Source: Naegleria gruberi
Taxonomy: Eukaryota
Assembly (NCBI GenBank): GCA_000004985.1
Contig: GG738923.1
Length of the DNA stretch: 64,000 nt
Direction: 5' to 3' (one strand)
The notes beneath the pieces are model-generated. The model had not been told where the DNA came from. It was given only the letters and a program-made list of their open reading frames with translations, and made no database searches. Shown piece by piece: positions 53,633 through 64,000 of the stretch; positions within the stretch are counted from its first letter, which is position 1, and every line of letters begins with the position of its first letter. Position numbers and translations under genes: made by a program.

Positions 53633-55231
53633 ATGAAAAAAACCACACAACAACAACAAATTATCAAGCAACTCATTACCAAGCTGATCCTCACAGAGAA
53701 GGCTTCAAGAAGAGGATTTTCCAAGAGTATCATTCCATTGCTGAACAATCAAACACAGAATAATTTTGAAGATAAGACAGAGTTTCAATATGCCTATAGA
53801 CAATGCGATAAGGAAAGAGAATTGGCACCTTTTTGCAATATGACAAGTAAGACTCTTAGCAAAATGACTTTCAACCATGGAAATTACTTTAAAGCCACCA
53901 TTCCGAATCAATTATACTCTCAAGTTGAAATAAATCCAATTCAACATCAACAACACGAATTGAGATTCTCTGTTCAATATAATGAAGCAATTATGGAGAG
54001 AAGAGTTAGGGAAGAGAGTATAGATGCAAATATTGACTTGTCTATTGTGTATAATTATTCGAAAATGACTCCAGCATCGTTATCTGTTTCTACTTTGGTG
54101 GAGTTTGTTGAAAACACATCAATTAATAGTTTAGTTTTGTCTTCAGGTTGGTTGATTGAAGAACTTCGTATTAGGTTGGCACAACAGGTGCAACTCCTTG
54201 ATGAAATGCCTCATGGTCTCAATCTTATGCCTTCCATACGGTAAGTATATTTTCCATTTATAGCAAGATACCAAGAAATAATAATATTTATAACACTGTA
54301 ATGTATCCATTTAATAATATTTCCCTAAATAGTATCGTCAGAGATTGGTACTTGACCAGTTTTAAACAATTGTATCAAATCAAAAGCAAGCCACGAAATA
54401 GAAGTGAAGAAATTGAATTTACCAATGTGATTAGAACCATCTACGATCGACACAATCCAACAATGGTTAGTGTTGCAGGTGGTGTTGCTGAATTGAAAGA
54501 AGAATTGAAAAAGACCATGTTAGAATATATTGATTATACCAATTATTCATCATTGAAGGATCATTTAGATTCATTCTATATCAATAGAATTGGTATTAGA
54601 ACTGTAAGTTATTTTCTATTTCTTTTTGAATAATTAACATTTCGAATAGTTATTGGAACATCATTTGTCTCTTCATGATCAAGTTGAAAATCCAAATTGT
54701 AATCTTTCAAAACTGATTTGTAAAAATACTAATCCAATTCTGGTGGCAAATAGAGCAATTAAAGATGCTCAAGATTGGTGTCTTGCTCATTATGGAAAGT
54801 TTCCACAAGTAATTGTCTCAACAAGTGGAAATCAAGATGATTTATTATTCCCATACGTGCCGAACCATTTACAATTCCAACTTATTGAATTGTTAATTAA
54901 TTCCATGAGAGCAGTTGTTGAAAATCACACAGATTCCCTTCCACCTGTTGGAATCTTAATGAGCAGTTCTCAAGATGAAGTCACCATTAGAATTAGTGAT
55001 GAAGGAAAGGGAATTCCAAGAAAGGATATGCCTCAATTGTTCTCCTACTTGTATTCTACTGCTAGTGTTAGAAAGGAGATAGTCAATCAAGATGGTAAAC
55101 AGGGATCTGTTGCAGGTTTTGGATTTGGCTTACCTCTCGTCAAACTCTACTCCAAATATTGGGGTGGTGAATTTAAACTCAATTCAGTTTCAGGTTATGG
55201 AACTGATGCTTACTTGTACTTTACAAAGTAA
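53633..55231 (+). CDS. Mitochondrial PDK/BCKDK-family protein kinase (GHKL ATPase fold). Three exons: 53633..54240, 54333..54603, 54650..55231.
   Basis: ELRIRLAQQVQLLDEMP (ELPVRLA box), YINRIGIRT|LLEHHLSL (NRIGIRMLI.QH), HLQFQLIELLINSMRAVVE (N-box), ISDEGKGIP (G1 box DxGxG) and FGFGLPLVKLYSKYWGGEFKL.SV.GYGTDAYLY (G2 box GFGYGLP). Two introns (92 and 46 nt), in phase with the three ORF-track segments. Confidence 0.8.
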
Positions 55232-55447
55232 TATTATAATATTTGTAACATTAGAATGTAAATAAAATCCATCATGTAAATTATCTGGTAATTAGCTCTT
55301 TGAACTCTTTCTAAAAATTTTACACAAATTGACTCCATCACAATTTTTCACAGAGTTGAAAGAACAACAACAAATGGAGTTTTCAATCCTTCCTTTGTAA
55401 CACAAATTTCTCCAAATATAATCTTTTCAATAAATTCCAATAGTTTA

Positions 55448-56971
55448 TTGTTCATTACAAAAGAGAATCAAGAATCTCTTGAACGCATGAATGGGTTTCC
55501 ATCAAGTCCATTTTCCTTCAATCAATTCATTTTGGTGAGGAATTTTAAAAGCAACTTTAAAAAAATGCAAAAACAACAACAACAATTAATGAAACAAACA
55601 TTGAAGGCAGCAGTCTCCTTGAAGAAGATTAACAAATTTGGTACTGTTGTTGGTAATGTTGTTCATCTCTCGGAAAATAAGAGAAGATTTACTTCATCAC
55701 TTATTAATGGAACATCATCTTGTAGTAGTAGTAATAATAATAATAGCTTTGATAAGAGAGTGAGAGGAATTTATTTTGATTTTGGTGCTACAACACCAAC
55801 AGATCCTAGAGTACTTGATGCCATGCTTCCGTTCATGACAGAAGTTTATGGTAATCCACACTCTAGAACACACGAATTTGGTTGGGATTCTGAGAAGGCT
55901 GTCGAATTGGCTAGAAAACAAGTTGGTGATTTAATCGGAGCAAGTCCTAAGGAAATTGTATTTACAAGTGGAGCAACAGAATCGAATAATACTGCATTGA
56001 AAGGTGTTGCTCGTTTCGTAAAGGATAAGAAGAAACATATTATTACAACACAAACAGAACATAAATGTGTTTTGGATACTTGTAGACATTTAGAAGAAGA
56101 AGGATTTACAGTAACATATTTACCAGTACAAAAGAATGGATTAATTGATTTGGCAGAATTGGAAAAGGCCATTACACCAGAAACTGCTTTGGTCAGTGTC
56201 ATGTTCGTTAATAATGAAATTGGTGTGATACAACCAATCAAGGAAATTGGTGCTTTATGTAGAAAGAACAAGGTTTTATTACACACTGATGCTGCTCAAG
56301 CTTTTGGTAAAATTCCAATTAATGTTGATGATATGAATATTGATTTAATGTCAATCAGTGGTCACAAGATTTATGGTCCAAAAGGTATTGGTGCTCTCTA
56401 TGTTAGAAGAAAGCAGCCAAGAGTTAGAATTCATCCACTCATTAATGGTGGTGGTCAAGAAGGTGGTCGTAGATCAGGTACATTGGCTGCTCCATTGTGT
56501 GTTGGTTTGGGGGAAGCAGCAAGAATTGCTTCTGAAGAAATGGAAAGAGATTTAACTCATGTCACTCAATTATCTCAAAAACTTATTAGTAGCCTTAGAA
56601 CTAGATGTGAACACGTTATTTTGAATGGTGATGAAAATTTGAGATATCCTGGTAATGTTAACATTAGTTTTGAATTTGTTGAAGGCGAAAGTTTATTGAT
56701 GGCTTTGAATTCTGTCGCTTTATCATCAGGTAGTGCTTGTACTAGTGCTTCCCTTGAACCAAGCTATGTATTACGTGCTTTGGGAGTTTCTGAAGAAGTA
56801 GCTCACACATCACTTCGTTTTGGTATTGGTAGATTTACAACTGAGGAAGAAATTGATTTTGTAATTAACAAGACTGCTACTGAAGTATTAAGATTGAGAG
56901 AACTGAGTCCACTCTATGAAATGTTCAAAGAAGGTGTTGATATTTCCAAGATTCAATGGAATGAACACTAA
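55448..56971 (+). CDS. nfs1: Mitochondrial cysteine desulfurase NFS1 (IscS homolog). The physiological start is probably the internal Met at 55565 ([21 protein letters not shown] presequence).
   Basis: Colinear with IscS/NFS1 throughout: [36 protein letters not shown]-Lys motif [20 protein letters not shown], active-site loop [18 protein letters not shown], and C-terminal ...QWNEH. Confidence 0.9.
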   Translation: MFITKENQESLERMNGFPSSPFSFNQFILVRNFKSNFKKMQKQQQQLMKQTLKAAVSLKKINKFGTVVGNVVHLSENKRRFTSSLINGTSSCSSSNNNNSFDKRVRGIYFDFGATTPTDPRVLDAMLPFMTEVYGNPHSRTHEFGWDSEKAVELARKQVGDLIGASPKEIVFTSGATESNNTALKGVARFVKDKKKHIITTQTEHKCVLDTCRHLEEEGFTVTYLPVQKNGLIDLAELEKAITPETALVSVMFVNNEIGVIQPIKEIGALCRKNKVLLHTDAAQAFGKIPINVDDMNIDLMSISGHKIYGPKGIGALYVRRKQPRVRIHPLINGGGQEGGRRSGTLAAPLCVGLGEAARIASEEMERDLTHVTQLSQKLISSLRTRCEHVILNGDENLRYPGNVNISFEFVEGESLLMALNSVALSSGSACTSASLEPSYVLRALGVSEEVAHTSLRFGIGRFTTEEEIDFVINKTATEVLRLRELSPLYEMFKEGVDISKIQWNEH

Positions 56972-57400
56972 GTTTCAAAAGTGTAAATAAATCAATATTG
57001 TTAAATCATTATGAAAGCTTCAAATCAACTATAATTCTCCGGTAAGCATTACAAATTAACATTACAATGAAAAATAGGTGTTCAAAAGTGAGCTTACTCT
57101 TGAACGTCTTCTTATTGAACGTTGAAACGAATAAGTAGAAAGTTGAGGACACAAATTTTAGAACGAACGGACAATGAGAAGACTGCTATCCAACGATCAC
57201 AACAATTATGCTGATCATTGCGTACTCATATTACCTGACAATATATTTGCACAACATGGTTGAATTACTTTATCAGTACCTTATTATCGTTATCATCACT
57301 CAATGTCCAACAAGTGTAAGATGATGCTATTATCTAATTTCCCTCCAATATTTTTGCCATCAGGATTGATCCGCCTAATATTAAAATTCTCAAGAAAAAA

Positions 57401-59014
57401 ATGTCCACACAAGAGGCAACATCAACATTATCGGCAATGGAATCATTGTCTCGATACGTCAACATCTTTAACAAACTTGCCGATATTCTTGTTGGAGAGT
57501 TTCAAAATCACCCATATCGTTCATTGATTGATGTTTCAATTATTGTTTTAATTGTTTGGTATTTGATGAGCAAGAGACGTTCAGCTGTGCCACCACAAAA
57601 ACTTTCCAAGAAACAAGAAGATGAAATTATTGAAGATTGGGAACCTGTACCACTTGTTCCAACCTCTGATGATAGCAATGTTGATGCTACAATTAATGCT
57701 ATGAAGGAACATGAATATGTCGTCACTTCAGTTGCCGATGTTGAATTCACTGTTGAAGGAAAGAAGGACAAGGTTATTAACTTTGGTACTAATAACTTTT
57801 TGGGTTTTATTGGTGATAAGGATATTCATGAAAAGTGTAAGGATACTGTTCGTGAATATGGTGTTGGTAGTTGTGGTCCTCGTGGTTTCTATGGTACTAT
57901 TGATGTTCATCTTGATTTTGAAAAGTTGTGTGCCAAGTTTATGGGAACCGAAGCTTGTATTTTGTACTCTTTCGGTTTTTGTACAGTCAGTTCTGTTATT
58001 CCAGCATTTTCCAAGCGTGAAGATGTTATTCTTTGTGATGAAGCTTGTAATTATGCCATCAAGACTGGTTGTCATTTAGCCCGTTCAACTGTTGGTTACT
58101 TTAAACATAATAATGTTAAAGCTCTTGAAGATATGATGAAGGAAATTGTTGCAAATGATAATGGTGCCACTCCAAAGAATCGTCGTTTCATTGTTGTTGA
58201 AGGTGTTTATGAAAATAATGGTGATATTGCTAATTTGAAGGAAATTATTGCTTTGAAGAAGAAATATGTCGGATTTAGAATTATTCTTGATGATAGTTAT
58301 GGTGTTGGTGTTTTGGGTAAAACTGGTAGAGGAACAATTGAACACTTTGGTTTGGATATTAATGATTTTGAAATTGTTTGTGTTAACATGGAAAATTCAT
58401 TCGGATCTGTTGGTGGTGTTTGTGTTGGATCTAACATTATTGTTGATCACCAAAGATTATCTGGTGCTGGTTACTGTTTCTCTGCTTCTTTGCCTCCATA
58501 TTTGTCAACTGCTGCTATTGAAGCTATGAATAAGCTTGATACTAATCCTGATAGCTATTTGGTTCCACTCCAAAAGAATGTTACCCTCCTCTCTGAAACT
58601 CTTAACAAGAAGATTTCATTCAAGAATTCCAAGTTGGTTCTTCTCCATGAAGATAAATGTCCAATCTTCCACATTCGTCTTGCTGATGATCACCCTGCTA
58701 AGGCTGCTTTACTTGAAGCTAAGAAGCAAGTTGACCAATTCAAGTCCAAGAAGAATAAGAAGCAAATGGCTCAAGCCAGTATTCTTTTCTATGAAGAAAG
58801 AAATAAGGTTCAACAAAAGTTCAAGGATATTGTTTCTAAGGCTATTGACCAAGGAGTTGCTGTCGTTTGTCCAAATTATACACACAGAGAAATTACCTTA
58901 CCTGAACCAGGTTTGAGATTATCAGTCTCTTCCAAACATACCAAACAACACCTTGAAAAGTGTGCTGATGTTTTGTCTTCTCTTTTTGCGGAAATTTTGC
59001 CATCAAAGATGTAA
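57401..59014 (+). CDS. sptA: Serine palmitoyltransferase subunit 1 (LCB1/SPTLC1).
   Basis: N-terminal TM helix. Alpha-oxoamine synthase fold (NFLGFIGDKDIHEKC...GSCGPRGFYGTIDVHLDFE...ILYSFGFCTVSSVIPAF). The PLP-Lys position reads NSFGSVGG, i.e. lacks the lysine, as expected for the non-catalytic LCB1 subunit. Confidence 0.85.
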   Translation: MSTQEATSTLSAMESLSRYVNIFNKLADILVGEFQNHPYRSLIDVSIIVLIVWYLMSKRRSAVPPQKLSKKQEDEIIEDWEPVPLVPTSDDSNVDATINAMKEHEYVVTSVADVEFTVEGKKDKVINFGTNNFLGFIGDKDIHEKCKDTVREYGVGSCGPRGFYGTIDVHLDFEKLCAKFMGTEACILYSFGFCTVSSVIPAFSKREDVILCDEACNYAIKTGCHLARSTVGYFKHNNVKALEDMMKEIVANDNGATPKNRRFIVVEGVYENNGDIANLKEIIALKKKYVGFRIILDDSYGVGVLGKTGRGTIEHFGLDINDFEIVCVNMENSFGSVGGVCVGSNIIVDHQRLSGAGYCFSASLPPYLSTAAIEAMNKLDTNPDSYLVPLQKNVTLLSETLNKKISFKNSKLVLLHEDKCPIFHIRLADDHPAKAALLEAKKQVDQFKSKKNKKQMAQASILFYEERNKVQQKFKDIVSKAIDQGVAVVCPNYTHREITLPEPGLRLSVSSKHTKQHLEKCADVLSSLFAEILPSKM

Positions 59015-59387
59015 AATATTTATTTGTTAAATAATAATTAAAAAATTCAAATATACAATAATAATTCAAGATACAATGATGTGTTATTATTAATATAAGA
59101 AATATTAAGAATTTATAAGAGCTCCTTCTTTCACATTGTATCATTCACCTCAGTACACTGTAGTGAATAGATGAACAAACATATTATAATATTAATTAAG
59201 GTTTATGAGATGATTATAATATTAAAGTATGATCACTCAATTTTTGAAACATTTTTACTTAAATATTACTTGTATGCCCAAGCGGACCAAAAACTGGATA
59301 TTAAACCCCTTCAACTGTCAAACAACAAAATGGTTAATTATTATTAATTGCGAGATAAGATTCGAGGGATCATCTCAAAAAAAAACG

Positions 59388-60956
59388 ATGCATTCCAAAC
59401 GTACATTCTTATTGGCATGTTGCTTTGCCTTGATGTTGTGTTGTCAACTTTGGGCTGCATTCGTGCATGCTCAACAATTAGACGAAACTTCTACCTCCAA
59501 AACTTCACAAGCTTCCAGAAGTACAATTAGAGAATTCATTCTCGATCCAACTACTCGTCAAGTCATCGATCAAATGAAAATTGCAGTCAGCTCTGAACAA
59601 GAAGTTGAAATTGCTGAGAATTTCGTATTGATTGCTGCAAAATTGAGAGAAATTTATGAAACTATTCCAAAAGAAAGATTTGACGAAAGTGAAATTATTC
59701 AATTGAGAGAGGAATTATTGGAACTCATTCAATTCTTTACCAGAAAAGCCAATCGTCCAAGTGTTGACATGATGAAATATTCATTGATTCAAAGTGCTAC
59801 CGAAAGATATGTAAACGAAACTCAAAAGAAAAAAGATCTTTCTAAAAATAGTGAAGAATCTGATGCTGAATGGATCACTGCTGCCTTGAATATTGCCAGT
59901 AGTGTCATGAATATTGCAAATGACATTGGTACTTATCATGAAAAGATTTCCAAAGTTGGTAATTTCATTGCTAATCAAGTTTCTAATGGTTTGGATAAAG
60001 TTGGACTTAAGAAAGCTTCTGGATGGGCTAAAGATTTAGGAAATGGTATTTCAAAATTCTCAAATGAAAAGATTGCCCCAATTGAAAACAAAATTGCCAA
60101 GAAAATTGCACCAGTTGTCAAATCAGCTCCATTCCAAGCTGTCAGAAGAACTTTAAATGTTGTCACTGGAGTTATGAGTTTGAAATCTGGATTAAACCTG
60201 TTGGGTATGGCAAAGAATGTTAAATTACCAAAGAATTTCTCAGCCCTCAAGTCATCAATCAAAACAACCACAAAAGCTGCCAAATCACTTTTCAAGAATA
60301 AGCAAGCTCGTAGTCGTTTCTCAAGAATTGCCAAATTGACTGGAAAGAGAGCATACAGAACTTTCAAGAAGGCAGATTTAAAGACCAAGTACAAGACTGT
60401 TAAATCCTTATATGGAGGTGCTAAATCTATTAAGGGTGCTTTGACTTTTAAGAGAAATGAAAGAAAGCCAAGACAATCCAATAGAAGAAATAATCAAAAT
60501 AACAGATCTAGACAATATGGAAGAAATAGAAGAAACCAAAATGGAAGAAGAAATAACAGATCAAATGGAAGACAAAGAAACAATTCTCGTTCCACCAATA
60601 ATAATAGAAGAGGCGGTAGAAGAGGTGGCAACAGAGGTGGCAGATCAGTCAATCGTAACAATCAAAGAAGAAATAATAACAGATCACGTGGAGGACAAGG
60701 AAGAAGAAACAATGGTTCAAGAAGAGGTGGTAACAGAGGTAATACTTCAAGAAATTCTCCAAGAAGACACAACACTGGTGGCAGATCTCGTCAATCCAAT
60801 AACAATAGAAGAAGAAGCAACTCTAGACCATCTTATGGAAATAGAGGAGGTAGATCATCTTATAGAAATTCTTCACCAAGAAGATCTTCACCAAGTAGAG
60901 GATACTCTCGTGGTGGTGGATCTAGATCATCATCTCGTGGAGGTGGTAGATCATGA
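59388..60956 (+). CDS. Secreted basic protein with a helical N-terminal domain and an Arg/Gly/Ser/Asn-rich repetitive tail (RGG/RS-like). A TGA at 60954 interrupts the repeat, and the frame stays open to 61010.
   Basis: Start at the Met of MHSKRTFLLACCFALMLCCQLWAAFVHA (signal peptide). The ORF track lists a longer upstream-extended ORF from 59229. The central Lys-rich region (KSLFKNKQARSRFSRIAKLTGKRAYRTFKK) is followed by a tail of about 170 aa of R/N/G/S (…RRGGRRGGNRGGRS…SRGGGRS*). Confidence 0.6.
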   Translation: MHSKRTFLLACCFALMLCCQLWAAFVHAQQLDETSTSKTSQASRSTIREFILDPTTRQVIDQMKIAVSSEQEVEIAENFVLIAAKLREIYETIPKERFDESEIIQLREELLELIQFFTRKANRPSVDMMKYSLIQSATERYVNETQKKKDLSKNSEESDAEWITAALNIASSVMNIANDIGTYHEKISKVGNFIANQVSNGLDKVGLKKASGWAKDLGNGISKFSNEKIAPIENKIAKKIAPVVKSAPFQAVRRTLNVVTGVMSLKSGLNLLGMAKNVKLPKNFSALKSSIKTTTKAAKSLFKNKQARSRFSRIAKLTGKRAYRTFKKADLKTKYKTVKSLYGGAKSIKGALTFKRNERKPRQSNRRNNQNNRSRQYGRNRRNQNGRRNNRSNGRQRNNSRSTNNNRRGGRRGGNRGGRSVNRNNQRRNNNRSRGGQGRRNNGSRRGGNRGNTSRNSPRRHNTGGRSRQSNNNRRRSNSRPSYGNRGGRSSYRNSSPRRSSPSRGYSRGGGSRSSSRGGGRS

Positions 60957-61085
60957 TCTCGTGGAAGTGGTAGATCAGGATCTCGTGGTGGTCGTGGAGG
61001 AAGACGTTAAATAAATTCTTAACACACTATTCTCTACTGATCAATGAAAAAACGAAATAGAAAGGAAAGTGATTATTTATTTAAG

Positions 61086-64000
61086 CTAAAGAGAAGAAAT
61101 AACTGCAAAGATACAATAGAACATAAACAAATAATTGACATAACCAATGCTGTTAACATCATTTGTCTTTGGTTGAGTTGAATTACCGAATGAAGCAGAT
61201 GGTTGAATTGGTTGTGTTGCATTTCCAACTGTTAATTGATTATATGGTTGAATGTCATATTTAGTGTCAAACATTGAGGATTCTGCCTTGAAGGTAATAG
61301 TTTCATTCTTCAAATTGGCAACAGGTGCATTCACTTTTGGAACAAATTCAAAAGCCAAAGTTTGTTGGTTTACCAAAACAAAGTTGACCGAAGAGAAGAA
61401 AGTTGTCAAGCTTGAAGAACTCATTCTAAACAAATTGAAATTAGCAGCAGAAGACTGAGTTGTGATATTGCTTATAAAGTTCTTATCCCAGGCGTGATTA
61501 TCATCCAATATCTTGACATGAATTAAAGTAGTTTCAGATGTTGAGAATGAAGATGTAAAAGTTGAAGGTTGACCATTTGTGATGAAACTTAAAGAAAGTT
61601 GAGTAGCCTTCAATTCCAATGTAGACATTGTAAATCTACATTTTCTATCAGAGTATAACATGATAATGGATCCATGTTGAGAAAGTAATGAAATAGACAT
61701 CTTCTCTCCCTTCAAAGATAATGAACTACTAGAAGCATAAATTGAATTCGAATCTGAGAAAGAAGGAGAAGCAACTTGACCCTTCTTATTGACATACAGA
61801 TCAATATTACAATCATCCTGGGTGGTAACTTGGAAGATAAGACCCTTAACGTTATTCAATTCATACTTGTAGTATTTTTCGTAAGCAATGTCAATGTACA
61901 TATTTCCAGACACTTCTGGATCAATTGTGAGTTGACCAATGGCTCTTGTATTAATTTTAGAGTAATCAAGACTTTGAGCAATTTCTAATTGTCTTGTAAT
62001 GGCTAAAGTGCTTTCAATGGTTAATTGAATATATCTATTAGAAGTGTCAACTTTACAAAGAGAATTAATTGTTGCAATTGGTGAAATCAAAATTGCACCA
62101 TCAGAAAGAATGACAGTTTCTAATGTGGCTAAAACCTCTGCATTATTGGACATGACATGTGCTTTAACCCAATCCAATTGGACAACTTTACCATTAGTTG
62201 AATCAATTACTCTTAAAAAGAGGTTATTCCAGTCAATTGAGCTAGAACATGGAATTGCAAAGGCACCAACTTCTGATGAGGCCAATTTCTTGACCAATGA
62301 AGGGATACCATTTAAGAGTTTGTGATTGTGAATCAAGTTAACATTTACAGATTCTGAGCTTGTTCTATTAGGTGACAAGTAAAAAGTGTCAAAAGTCGAT
62401 GGAATTGGAATTGAAATTGGTGAACTTCCAATTGAGTATAAACCACTATTCATATTCAATGATTCATCAATAGAATTTGAGAAAGAAACCTTAGCTGACT
62501 TGGTGGATGAAAGTTTAACATATGGGAAAATGGAATTCTTTGCAACTTGTTGTTCAATCAACACATTTGTAGATAAACTCGAACTAGTCAACTGAGAGGC
62601 CATATATGGATCAAATCTAATAGATTCAATTATTACTTGATTAATAGGAACCAATTGAGCTACAACAATTTGAATCTTTGGAATGCTATTTCCATAATTA
62701 TTTTCCAATGAGAATGTGAAATGATGAATTCTGGATGGTAAGATTTCAACATTTCCAGTTTGTGTTTCGATATACTGGTACTTCTTGCCCTTGGTTTGGT
62801 AAATATTGTAATTGGAAATCCAACCTTCGTATACGAGAATGTCAAAACTTCCTTTGGCTTGCAGAGTTACCACATATCTATTCGAAACTGTTTCAACAGC
62901 TTGCACAAATGTATTCAAACTCATTGTATCACGAATAATCTCAGACAATCTGACAGTTGTTTTTGGATACACCATTCTATAGGCAATTGCATTTACAAAG
63001 TTGATATTAGCTCCAGAATATCCATAAATAGTAAAGTTTCTTGGAGCATTTTGAGAATAGTAATAATAGTAACCATTTTCAATCAAGGGAATAAATTGGA
63101 ATGGAAGACCTGTGATAGAACGATCAGATCTAAATGCCACAAAGTTATTGTCAAGGAAGGTCTTTTGGTGGTCAAAGTCAAATGTCGTAGTTGTTCCTAT
63201 TTGATAAGAACCTGTTGGTACATCCCTAAATCTGACAACTCTATCAGTAATATGAATATATGCAGAGACAATTCCACTTTCAAATATTTTAGTTGTAACT
63301 GTTGGTGCACTACCATAAACATTTGACAAATTAAAAATCTTAACCAAAATGTCAATATTAGACCACCAATGATCTTCAATTATCTTCACACTAATATAAT
63401 AGTTTGGAGTGAATGTAAAGGTACATCCAAATTTACAATTAATTGAGTCAGTTGAGTATTTGTAACCACTTGGTGGAGATGTACCAGTTGAGTATTCGAT
63501 GAAGTAATAGTTATCACTTGGTGCAATTTTAATTTCAAAGTAAAAGCTAACCATATCACTAATACCTTTCAGTGAAGGGATAGCATTTCCAGGTGAGTAG
63601 ACAGAATTGCTATCTACTGCTTTGTATGAAGAACTTTGTAAAGAATAACTTCCACTCAATAATGGAATAGCTGTCTTTTGAATGAAAGTCAATTCTTTGT
63701 CAACTTTGAGAATTTCATTGTTGATGGTAACATCGACTTGATAGGAAGATTCTACCTTACCAAATAATTGATACTCTGATAGGGATGCGGCTAATGCTTG
63801 AGCAGAGAGTTCAGCAATCAACTTGGGTTTGATTGCAACAGTTGTTGTAACCAAACTCCAGATTGTAATGTCAAAAACAGGATAAAGAGAAAATGTAGTG
63901 GTAGAAGAAGCTTCTAATCTTAAACCAGGAGAGCTGGATGACCATTCGAAACCTGCTCCAGTTCTAACAGGTCCATAACCAGTACCAGAAGCATATTGAT
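61086..64000 (-). CDS. Large Ser/Thr-rich extracellular protein with a hydrophobic C-terminus (GPI-anchor-like). 5' end lies beyond the window (partial).
   Basis: The frame is open from 61086 to the window edge (>970 codons; the ORF-track M at 63854 is an alternative-start artefact). C-terminus ...NSIGYVNYLFMFYCIFAVISSL. Many N-glycosylation sequons. No known domain recognised. Confidence 0.55.
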   Translation of the reverse strand, partial: QYASGTGYGPVRTGAGFEWSSSSPGLRLEASSTTTFSLYPVFDITIWSLVTTTVAIKPKLIAELSAQALAASLSEYQLFGKVESSYQVDVTINNEILKVDKELTFIQKTAIPLLSGSYSLQSSSYKAVDSNSVYSPGNAIPSLKGISDMVSFYFEIKIAPSDNYYFIEYSTGTSPPSGYKYSTDSINCKFGCTFTFTPNYYISVKIIEDHWWSNIDILVKIFNLSNVYGSAPTVTTKIFESGIVSAYIHITDRVVRFRDVPTGSYQIGTTTTFDFDHQKTFLDNNFVAFRSDRSITGLPFQFIPLIENGYYYYYSQNAPRNFTIYGYSGANINFVNAIAYRMVYPKTTVRLSEIIRDTMSLNTFVQAVETVSNRYVVTLQAKGSFDILVYEGWISNYNIYQTKGKKYQYIETQTGNVEILPSRIHHFTFSLENNYGNSIPKIQIVVAQLVPINQVIIESIRFDPYMASQLTSSSLSTNVLIEQQVAKNSIFPYVKLSSTKSAKVSFSNSIDESLNMNSGLYSIGSSPISIPIPSTFDTFYLSPNRTSSESVNVNLIHNHKLLNGIPSLVKKLASSEVGAFAIPCSSSIDWNNLFLRVIDSTNGKVVQLDWVKAHVMSNNAEVLATLETVILSDGAILISPIATINSLCKVDTSNRYIQLTIESTLAITRQLEIAQSLDYSKINTRAIGQLTIDPEVSGNMYIDIAYEKYYKYELNNVKGLIFQVTTQDDCNIDLYVNKKGQVASPSFSDSNSIYASSSSLSLKGEKMSISLLSQHGSIIMLYSDRKCRFTMSTLELKATQLSLSFITNGQPSTFTSSFSTSETTLIHVKILDDNHAWDKNFISNITTQSSAANFNLFRMSSSSLTTFFSSVNFVLVNQQTLAFEFVPKVNAPVANLKNETITFKAESSMFDTKYDIQPYNQLTVGNATQPIQPSASFGNSTQPKTNDVNSIGYVNYLFMFYCIFAVISSL

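Noticed and set aside
1-64000. CRISPR arrays, operons, phage/defense islands, transposase or reverse-transcriptase ORFs
   Set aside because: The sequence is eukaryotic, with spliceosomal introns, poly-N/Q proteins and intron-containing tRNA-Tyr. There are no direct-repeat/spacer arrays, and no ORF resembles a transposase, integrase or RT. Despite the tRNA genes that usually attract them in dictyostelids, no TRE/DGLT-type element is present.

Overview
The window is an AT-rich eukaryotic nuclear segment that looks dictyostelid (Dictyostelium-like). The evidence is roughly 75-80% AT, long poly-Asn/Gln/Thr tracts in ORFs, short introns with GTAAGT...(T)AG boundaries, and tRNA genes between protein-coding genes. 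It is gene-dense, with about 40 protein-coding genes on both strands. Recognisable housekeeping genes are the 26S proteasome ATPase Rpt5 (psmC3), mitochondrial cysteine desulfurase NFS1, serine palmitoyltransferase LCB1, a PDK/BCKDK-type mitochondrial kinase, an S10 serine carboxypeptidase, an NCS/recoverin-type EF-hand protein, an SLC19 folate/thiamine-type transporter, a YfbS-like transporter carrying two TrkA-C domains, a GOLPH3 domain protein, an FHA (NIPP1-like) protein and a BTB+TLDc protein. There are three tRNA genes on distinct loci (Ile-AAU, Tyr-GUA with intron, Asp-GUC), and the Asp gene is present twice. Four N-gaps (1906..2184, 24768..24816, 25915..27305) show this is draft assembly. 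The most striking structure is a >6.3 kb near-identical tandem segmental duplication (about 18485..24767 and 24817..31150, offset about 6332-6335 bp). Its cassette carries tRNA-Asp, a catalytically degenerate eIF4A-like DEAD-box paralog, a secreted EGF+LamG lectin-like protein, a short AAA+ ATPase with non-canonical Walker B and sensor-1, and an unclassifiable 517-aa protein. The duplication is flanked by diverged paralog pairs (F-box/LRR and RCC1-like genes), which suggests an older round of duplication. Another candidate novelty is a 682-aa protein with four SHOCT-like motifs (a largely prokaryotic module) fused to an unknown C-terminal domain. Lesser items are an RWP-RK gene, a possible frameshift between an Asn/Thr-rich ORF and the GOLPH3 ORF, micro-exons in the carboxypeptidase gene, an in-frame TGA inside an RG/RS-rich repeat tail, and small inverted-repeat elements next to tRNA genes. 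There are no prokaryotic features (CRISPR, operons) and no recognisable transposon ORFs. Multi-exon gene models were hand-derived, using ORF-track frames to place splice sites.
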